27,181 nt of DNA. It comes from Myxococcales bacterium. Its GTDB lineage: Bacteria; Myxococcota_A; Polyangia; Palsa-1104; JAEUJZ01. This document shows, piece by piece, positions 9,600-16,550 of the stretch; the first letter of the stretch is position 1; each line of letters opens with the position of its first letter. The position numbers and the translations under genes are program-made. Below the pieces are notes generated by a model. That model saw only the letters and a list, made by a program, of their open reading frames with translations. It made no database searches and was not told the origin of the DNA. Location of the stretch: NCBI GenBank assembly GCA_016794505.1, contig JAEUJZ010000076.1, positions 192,001 to 219,181 on the forward strand, written 5' to 3'.

Positions 9600-9845
9600 C
9601 TATTGATTGCCTGCCGCGGGCCCGCGTATGCCCTGCAGGATCCACAGCGAGCCGTTGATGAGGTCTCGACGTGTAGCAGTGTCGGCCACGATCACATCCA
9701 GTGGACTGTCCGCACCGCCCAGCAGCTGGCCAACTGCCACCCAGTTTGGCGCAGGCCCCAGCGCGTAGTGCCGACGGCTCACCATGTTCGGATTATCCCC
9801 ACTTACCAAGCTCAGCGCCTTCCGCTGCCGATGCAACCCCACCAC
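9600..9845 (-). pseudogene. Short ORF or fragment carrying FG-GAP/Ca-binding-like motifs (DLNKDGRADVV upstream of a GTG start); possible remnant of an FG-GAP repeat gene
   Basis: The reverse-complement translation reads ...AADLNKDGRADVVGLHRQ...VIVADTATRRDLINGSLWIL, which is the Dx[DN]xDGxxD pattern of FG-GAP/VCBS blades. It is only ~80-100 aa, has no signal peptide, and sits inside a 650-bp gap. Confidence 0.3.
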
Positions 9846-10171
9846 ATCCGCCCGCCCATCTTTGTTTAGGTCCGCTGCAAGAACCCTTCGGCAAGACGTC
9901 GTGTTCGGCTTAATTCATGATGCTTTGTGCAGTGCGGTGAAGCGCTCGGGCATGCATGTTTGGACTCCCACTTGATGTACTCACGACGAGCACACAGACC
10001 CCGTGTCGGCGAAAACATGCCGGGTGCGGCAGCGCAACGAATGGAATCTAGGGCGCCACCCAATCGACATGGAAAACGCATCTCCGGCGATTCCGGTCGG
10101 AACGTACTGGCAGTTGTCCGCTTTCCTTCAGTCCGGTAGACCAACGTGCAGGCCAATGGGCCCATTGCGCC

Positions 10172-10946
10172 TTACAGGAACATGCCTCCTGAGATCTCGA
10201 TGCGCTGGCCGTTGATCCAGCGGTTTTCGTCCGACAGCAGCGAGGCCACGGCGGCGCCGATGTCGTCGGGCACGCCCACACGACCCAGTGCCGTCTGTCC
10301 CGCGATAAAGGCGTTTAGCTGCGGGTTGTCGCGCACCTGGCCCCCGCCGAAGTCGGTTTCGATCGCACCGGGGGCGACGGTGTTGACGGCGATGTGCCGG
10401 CTGCCTAGCTCTTTGGCCAGATAGCGCGACAGGACCTCGATCGCGCCCTTCATCGCGGCATAGGCGGCATACCCTGGCATCGCGAAACGAGCCAAGCCGC
10501 TCGACAGATTGACGATGCGTCCACCATCGGCAAGAAGCGGCAGCAGGGCCTGGGTCAGGAAGAAGGGGCCCTTGAAGTGAACATTCATCAGCTCATCGAA
10601 CTGCGCTTCGCTAGTCTGCGCGAAAAGCGCGTGGTGACCGAGGCCCGCATTGTTGACCAGAAAGTCCAGTTGTTCGCGTCCCAGCGTGGTGCGCAGCGCC
10701 TGCCGCAAGGACGTGACGAAGCCTGCAAACGACGCGACATCGCCGACATCAAGCGGCAGCACTACGGCTCGCCGCCCCAACGCCTCGACTGCGGCGACCA
10801 CGGCATCGGCATCGGCCTGGGCGCGACGATAGGTGAACACGACATCAGCGCCGCGCTTGGCAAGGTGCAGCACGGTGCTCTTGCCCAGTCCGCGACTGCC
10901 GCCTGTGACCAGAGCAATCTTGGGGAACTCCGATGAACTCGACATA
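10172..10946 (-). CDS. Short-chain dehydrogenase/reductase (SDR) family oxidoreductase
   Basis: The N-terminus reads KIALVTGGSRGLGKS, a TGxxxGxG Rossmann motif, and the length and pattern are SDR-like. I prefer the second ATG at 10946, because AAGGAG lies 6 nt upstream. The ORF track starts at 10963. Confidence 0.88.
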
Positions 10947-11042
10947 TGAGGCTCCTTTTGCATGTGTTTTCGACGGCAGACGCGCTTCGCAGGCCCGCCA
11001 TGACAAGCAGTCTATTGTTCTTCATTGCTGCCATAAACCAGG

Positions 11043-11072
11043 AAGAATTGATTTCACTGTTCAAGAATTGAT
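11043..11072. promoter_or_regulatory. Candidate LysR-type operator in the SDR/LysR divergent intergenic region
   Basis: A TTGA-N9-TCAA dyad sits at 11047-11063, matching the T-N11-A architecture. The 10-bp direct repeat aagaattgat occurs at 11043-11052 and 11063-11072, two helical turns apart. Confidence 0.35.
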
Positions 11073-11084
11073 AACAATAGGCTG

Positions 11085-12020
11085 ATGATGAAGTCCGTGG
11101 ATGCCATGCGGGTGTTCGCGCGCGTTGCCGAGCTGGCCAGCTTTACGCTGGCCGCCGACAGCCTGGGCCAGCCCAAGGCCAGCGTCTCGCTGGCTGTGCA
11201 GCGACTGGAAAGCGAGCTCGGCACGCGGCTTCTGCACCGCACGACGCGCCGTGTGCAGCTCACGCAGGATGGGCAGGTGTTCTATGAGCGCTGCCGCGAT
11301 CTGCTGGTCGATCTCGATGAGCTTTACAACCTGTTTCGCAACGACGGGCAGGCGCTTACCGGCCGCCTGCGCGTCGATATGCCCGTGGGGGTGGCGCGCG
11401 ATGTCGTGCTGCCGCACCTGCCGGCATTCCTTTCGGCCCATCCCGCGTTAGAGCTAGAGCTTTCAAGCACTGATCGTCGCGTCGATCTGATCCGCGAGGG
11501 CTTCGACTGCGTGCTGCGCGTCGGCACGCTCGGCGAATCGAGCCTGATCGCCCGGCCGTTGGGGCAGTACCGCATGATCAACTGCGCCAGCCGCAAATAC
11601 CTGGCTCGCTGCGGTCGGCCGCGGCGTCCCGCCGATCTGCACAAGCACCGCATGATTCATTACGCTGCGACGCTCGGCAGCCGCGACAGCGGCTTTGAGT
11701 ACGTCGACCCAAAGAACCCTGAGCGCATCGTCACGGTCTCTGTGCCGGCAGCGCTCACCGTCAATAACTCGGATGCCTACTACGGCGCCTGCGTGGCCGG
11801 ACTCGGCATCATCCAGGTACCAGAGCCCGGCGCACGCGCGGCCCTCAAGGCCGGTCGGCTCGTCGAGATCCTGCCGCGATATCGCGCTGCACCGATGCCG
11901 GTCACGCTGCTTTACGCCAACCGCCGACACCTGCCGCGCCGCGTCCAAATGTTCATGAGCTGGCTGGAAGCGCTCTTGCGCCCACGCTTGACCAAGCTCT
12001 CGGCCGCCGCAATCGGCTAG
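11085..12020 (+). CDS. LysR-family transcriptional regulator
   Basis: An N-terminal wHTH (MRVFARVAELASFTLAADSLGQPKASVSLAVQRLESELGTRLLHRTTRRVQLTQDG) is followed by a LysR substrate-binding domain. The gene is divergent from the SDR gene. Confidence 0.9.
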   Translation: MMKSVDAMRVFARVAELASFTLAADSLGQPKASVSLAVQRLESELGTRLLHRTTRRVQLTQDGQVFYERCRDLLVDLDELYNLFRNDGQALTGRLRVDMPVGVARDVVLPHLPAFLSAHPALELELSSTDRRVDLIREGFDCVLRVGTLGESSLIARPLGQYRMINCASRKYLARCGRPRRPADLHKHRMIHYAATLGSRDSGFEYVDPKNPERIVTVSVPAALTVNNSDAYYGACVAGLGIIQVPEPGARAALKAGRLVEILPRYRAAPMPVTLLYANRRHLPRRVQMFMSWLEALLRPRLTKLSAAAIG

Positions 12021-12258
12021 GACTGCGCGCTTGCGTCAGGCAGCGATGGGAGGATCCTGCGCAGGTCGCTGGGCAGCGACAATTTTGTCCGGCTCGTCGT
12101 CAAATTCCTGAAGGGTTCTCGCAGAATAGAGTGCCCGCCATGCGCGAGTCCGACCGCAGTCCACCCGACTGGTATCCGCGTCGAGCCTTCATCCGAGCTT
12201 TGCGCCGCGTGGGCCCGCCGTGCTGCGCGTGGCATGTCCGTTGCTGTGGCATACGAAA

Positions 12259-13167
12259 ATGAGACCATCCCTGCGATTCATCGCCTGCCTTCTTTTGGTG
12301 TCCGTGGTTGGTACGTCGTCCGCAAGGGCAGCGGGCATCCAAGCAGAGACGCACGCAAACGAGCAGCGCGTGTCGTTTGCCCTAGGTGACGCCGGCATCC
12401 TGGTAGTCGATGACGGCGCACCCGCCGCCGAGCGCGTGCTGGCCACGCTGCCACTTGCTGCGCCCCTTTTTGATCTGCTGTTCATCGACAATCGCTTGTA
12501 TGTGGCGCGCGGTCCGGCTGGCATCACGGTGATCGATGTCAGCGATCACATGCGGCCCGTTGAGCTGTTCAGCTTCGGCAGCAACCACGCGCCCATCAAG
12601 CTCAGTCGTCAGGGCTCTTCGCTGGTGGCTGTCGACGATCGTGGCAACAAGGTGGCCTATGATCTAAGCCGGCGCGATACACCGCGACTCGTGCCGCCGC
12701 CGCAGCCGCCCGCACCGCCGGGAGAGAGAGCAGCATTCGCTTCGTTCCATCCAGCGGATGATCCGCCAAGGGACGTAGCGGTTCGTTTCATCGCGGCGGG
12801 TTCATCGCTGTTGGCAAGCAGTCTGATCGTCGCGGCCGTTGGCGCACTGCTGTTTGCTGCGAGCGACCAAGCCATCGCGCAGGATCGGCAGCGCCAGCAA
12901 GAACGGCAAGCTGCGTGCAAGCAGCGCATGGAGAGCGTCTGCGGCTGGTTTTATTTCTCGCTCGCCGGTCTGCCTGAGCTAGCGGCCGGCTACATCGTCG
13001 TGGGCCATGCCGTCCTGCGCAGCGCCGTGTCGATTCCGATCCTGGCGGTAGGACTGCACAAGCTTCGGCGATCTGCGACGGTGCGCCCGGTCGTGGCTTT
13101 CTTACCAGGCGCGCCTGCTACAACGCCGGGCGTGTTGGTCGGCGCGAACCTGGGGCTGCGCTTCTGA
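12259..13167 (+). CDS. Hypothetical secreted/membrane protein with LVIVD-like beta-strand repeats, a Pro-rich linker and two C-terminal TM helices
   Basis: A signal peptide (MRPSLRFIACLLLVSVVGTSSARA) is followed by the repeats ILVVDDGAP, ITVIDVSD and LVAVDDRGN, then PPPQPPAPP and two hydrophobic segments. No family was recognised beyond the repeat pattern. Confidence 0.55.
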   Translation: MRPSLRFIACLLLVSVVGTSSARAAGIQAETHANEQRVSFALGDAGILVVDDGAPAAERVLATLPLAAPLFDLLFIDNRLYVARGPAGITVIDVSDHMRPVELFSFGSNHAPIKLSRQGSSLVAVDDRGNKVAYDLSRRDTPRLVPPPQPPAPPGERAAFASFHPADDPPRDVAVRFIAAGSSLLASSLIVAAVGALLFAASDQAIAQDRQRQQERQAACKQRMESVCGWFYFSLAGLPELAAGYIVVGHAVLRSAVSIPILAVGLHKLRRSATVRPVVAFLPGAPATTPGVLVGANLGLRF

Positions 13168-13386
13168 GCCATCCTGCCATCGCTGCAACGTCGACTAAAG
13201 GGCGCTGAACTGTTGCCGCAACAGCCCCGCATCGGACGAAACGTTCGCGCCTGCCCGACGCGGCTTTTGGTGCAGCGACCTCGATGAAGACGGCGCGATC
13301 TGGCCAGGCATCGCTGCATGCGGCGGTCAGGCCTGAAACGCAGGCTGCAAAGGGGCCAAACAGGGACCGCAGAGTCACCGCGGGCT

Positions 13387-15166
13387 TCAGCGCGAGGATG
13401 CATGGGCTACGCAGTCCTCGGCCGTGGGCACGCGGGGGATGACGATGTTCGTGTTGTTGGGATCGAACTGCGCCGGCAAATGGCAGCGAAGGAACGCCGC
13501 AAGCTGCTCGGGCCCGCGCGCTTCGGGCGAGACGTCCCATATGCGCGCCGTCTTGTCCCAGCTCGCGGTGACGATGCGCCGACCATCCGGGCTATACATC
13601 GCGCCCACCACGCTGCCCCCGTGGCCCATGAGAACGGCCTTGGGAGCGCCTGCGGCGTGGACTGTACTCGCGAGCAAGTCAGGCAGTGCCGCATCCTTGC
13701 TGCCTTCCGCCTGGGCTCGATGCAGCCAGAGCAGTCCTTCACTGGGGTTGCCGCGCTCAAAGACCAGCTGCCTGCCGCGCTCCACATACTCCAGGTGCGC
13801 AGCGCCGCCCAGTGATCGAACAGCGCCTCGTGCGTGACCTCGGCCAGAGGCTCAGCCCCGTCGCCGCTCAGCGTCACCAGGCGCGCCTGTTCGGTGGCAA
13901 ATTTTCGCAGCACCCCGAGCACACGCGCTTCCGTCTCGCCCCGCCCGCACAGCTCAGAAATCGGAGCCCGACGCCGCGTGTCGCGCGTGCCTTCGCCGAG
14001 CCGCACCAAGCGCACCAGCGCCCGCTGCGCCGTCGCTTGCTTGCTCGGATCGAGCTGGTTGCAGATCGCCTGCGCCTTGCCGGCCAGCGCACCGCCGACG
14101 CCGCCCATTTTTCGCAGCGTCTCGCCGGGCTCTTGGCCTGCGTGCATGCCCTCCCAAATGTTCGTCAGCGCAAACTCAAGCAGCGGCAGCGTGCCTTCGT
14201 TGCCCCAAGCCTGATCGAGCAGCAGCTCGACCGTCGCATCGTCGATCGGCTGGCCGGCTTGTGCGGCGGGCTCTGTGATGGCCTGGCGCAGCTCGTCGCG
14301 GTTCATCGCCGTCACGATGACTTCCTGCGCGCCAATCAAGCGATGGAGCTCGACGTGATGGCGGTGCGTCTCACCCAGGAAGTCGCTGCGCAGCGTCAGC
14401 ACGATCGACACATGACGGCTGCGCGCGGCGGCGGCGTGAAGCAGGACACCGATGAAGGCCTCGCGCTCGTCCTTGTGGCTGCACAGCGTGTAGACCTCTT
14501 CAAGCTGATCGACCAACACGACAAACGGCGACCGCTCGACGCCGGGCCGACTCGCCGCCCACTGGCTGAGCCCATCGAATTCGCCGCGCCCATTGGGCTT
14601 GCGCAGAAAGTCGGCCAGGTCCCGCTGCGCCGATAGCTCGGCTGCCGTCGCCGGATTGTGGCCCGGTGGCAAGAGCGCCATCGCCAGCACGCCGACCGGA
14701 TGTTCCCCGGCTTGAACGCGATGGACTGCAGCGGATCCGGCCCCGGAATCGGCGCGGTCTGAAGCTCGGCCAAAAGCCCCGCTCGCGCCACCGACGACTT
14801 GCCCGAGCCCGACGGCCCCAGCACCGCCAAAAGCCGCGTCGATCCCGCCTGCTCGTACAGCGCCTTGAAGCGCTGCCAAAGTCGCTCGGTCAGCTCGTCG
14901 CGGCCAAAGAACAGGTCGGTCTCGTCGACTTGGAACGCCGACAGCCCACGATACGGATTCTTCGCGGCCTGGCCCGCTGCCGACCGAGGCGACAAGAGCA
15001 GCCGCTTGTGCCGCGCAGCGCGTCGCGGATTCCTTTTCGAAAGGGCCGCGACCAGCTCTTCGCCGTCGACGATCTGCCGTTTATGGGCTCGGCTGCGTCC
15101 CGTGGCTTCGCAGCGTTCACCTCGTCCGCCCCATCGGCCTGACTGCTGTGTCCGCTCTCTGGTCAT
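13387..15166 (-). pseudogene. Degraded STAND (NACHT-like) NTPase with a single C-terminal WD40 repeat, disrupted by two frameshifts and truncated
   Basis: Three consecutive reading frames carry successive parts of one protein. Frame 1 (ORF 14396..15232) has NPYRGLSAFQVDETDLFFGRDELTERL...LAVLGPSGSGKSSVARAGLLAEL, i.e. Walker A. Frame 2 (ORF 13407..14879) has HRVQAGEHPVGVLAMALLPPGHNP...VVLVDQLEE (Walker B-like)...LPLLEFALTNIWE...EALFDHWAALRTW. Frame 3 (ORF 13387..13785) has ERGRQLVFERGN...LMGHGGSVVGAMYSPDGRRIVTASWDKTARIWDV, one WD40 repeat, then a stop. The frame switches fall near 14725-14740 and near 13790. Confidence 0.6.
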
Positions 15167-15725
15167 TCTTGCAAAATATCTGCATTCATATTTGAATATT
15201 AAAATCAAACCCATAATTAGTTTACTTGCCATACATCACCTGCAATTCACGATGCGCCATGTAGTAATTTACATAAATATAATATCTCCAATAAAACTCT
15301 ATCGACTCTACACGGGATCCACTATCTGCATTTGACAGGAAAAACCAAGCGGCTCCACAGGGTCTCATTTCGGCAATGATCTCGCGACTTCGCTCTAGAG
15401 CGTTTGCTCCATCCGCCGACATTACCGCCAGGGAGGTCCACCGACAGAGTGGCTTGCCTTGCAATGTTTGCACAGATAAACAAATCATCCACATTGATTA
15501 TTGAAACGGATAGGCATGTCACTAATAACATTCTTCATACATTCCAGATAAATCAGGATTATTTTCAATGATAAATTAACGTGTGAATCGACACAAAAAA
15601 CAGAACCCAGCGGCCGCGTACGACCGCAGGCCATGCCGAGCTTGGGGCGCGCACGGCCGATACGAAAAAAGGATTTTGATACTGTCTAAAACAAGCTACG
15701 ATAGGTTCCTATGAGGAGTATTGGC

Positions 15726-16265
15726 ATGCGACATGGTGAGATCCTGCCTGTTGTATTTTCGCTGAGTATGACCGCTTGCTTTGGGATGTTTGGGGACTCA
15801 AGCAGAGACGAGGCGACCCCAGGGCGAAGCCGCTTTCCCATCAGACCACTGCCGCGGGTCGCGATGGAAAACCCCGCGCTGCTCGATGCCGCCATTCGGG
15901 GGCTAAACCCGTCGGATAAGGAATATCAGCTCTTCCATGCCCACATCGCGAGCCAGCCAAGGTACATGCGGCACCAGATGTCCGGGCAGCTTATAGCCCG
16001 ATGTTACGACTTCGCCCTCGTCTACCACACCCGCACGACGCCGCCGGCCTGCCACTGGAGCGTCTTTCGACTCTGCCAAGAACACCTGGGCAACGGCACC
16101 TTTGCCGAAGAGCTGACCGTCCCCCGCCTTTCAATCGCCATCGCCTCCGGGGGAATCGAGTGCAACAGCCCCGAATTGCCGCCAGGGGTTGCTCCGAAGC
16201 AGCCTCCTCCCGCGGCGACGGCACCCGCGGCGACGGCACCCGCGGCGACGGCACCGCCGCAGTAG
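15726..16265 (+). CDS. Small secreted or lipoprotein-like hypothetical protein with a C-terminal (ATAPA)3 repeat
   Basis: GAGGAG lies 6 nt upstream of the ATG at 15726 (the ORF track starts at 15711). The N-terminus MRHGEILPVVFSLSMTAC is a hydrophobic h-region ending in Cys, a non-canonical lipobox. The C-terminus reads AATAPAATAPAATAPPQ. Confidence 0.5.
   Translation: MRHGEILPVVFSLSMTACFGMFGDSSRDEATPGRSRFPIRPLPRVAMENPALLDAAIRGLNPSDKEYQLFHAHIASQPRYMRHQMSGQLIARCYDFALVYHTRTTPPACHWSVFRLCQEHLGNGTFAEELTVPRLSIAIASGGIECNSPELPPGVAPKQPPPAATAPAATAPAATAPPQ
16212..16256. repeat. 15-bp perfect or near-perfect tandem repeat x3 (gcggcgacggcaccc) inside the 3' end of the CDS above
   Basis: Direct reading: gcggcgacggcaccc gcggcgacggcaccc gcggcgacggcaccg. 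It encodes the ATAPA repeats. Confidence 0.9.
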
Positions 16266-16294
16266 GCTCAGGCACTGGCAGGCCGACCCGCCTT

Positions 16295-16369
16295 CATCCC
16301 CTGCTCCGTAAGCACGCTGCATCCCTTGCTCTGTAAGTACGCTGCATCCCTTGCTCCGTAAGCACGGCC
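16295..16369. repeat. 25-bp tandem repeat x3 in the non-coding region downstream of the lipoprotein gene
   Basis: The copies are catcccctgctccgtaagcacgctg / catcccttgctctgtaagtacgctg / catcccttgctccgtaagcacggcc, with few mismatches. Confidence 0.85.
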
Positions 16370-16378
16370 GCTTCTTTT

Positions 16379-16407
16379 CTGTCTGCTCTGTCGAGACTCG
16401 CAGACAG
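16379..16407. terminator. Stem-loop (8-bp stem ctgtctgc/gcagacag, 13-nt loop) between convergent genes; no U-tract
   Basis: Seen directly in the sequence. It lies between the 3' ends of the + lipoprotein gene and the - FG-GAP gene. It lacks a T-run, so it is at best a non-canonical terminator. Confidence 0.25.
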
Positions 16408-16550
16408 CCAAGCGCTTCGCGACCGCTCCATTGCCACATAAAATCGCGCTGCCGTTCCGCGTGTTCCGCGCCGCGCAACGACGAATCCCGGTCCTGACCT
16501 GGCCCGGCGCCGCGCGCTCTGTGGGTGCAGCTCGCAGAGGCTTAATTCGG

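Noticed and set aside
9850-10171. tRNA or other structured RNA gene in the GC-poorer gap
   Set aside because: No T-loop (GTTCGAAT-like) or cloverleaf-compatible segments were seen by eye. A covariance-model scan would be needed to be sure.
13387-14879. Treating ORFs 13407..14879, 14396..15232 and 13387..13785 as three separate genes
   Set aside because: Conserved STAND/WD40 motifs run continuously across the three frames. They are one gene interrupted by frameshifts, either a pseudogene or sequencing error.
15222-15494. 90-aa minus-strand ORF in the AT-rich patch as a confident gene
   Set aside because: It has no RBS or recognisable motifs. It is retained only as a note within the AT-rich-patch finding at low confidence.
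16379-16407. Calling the hairpin a canonical intrinsic terminator
   Set aside because: No U-tract follows the stem on either strand, so it is listed only as a low-confidence stem-loop.
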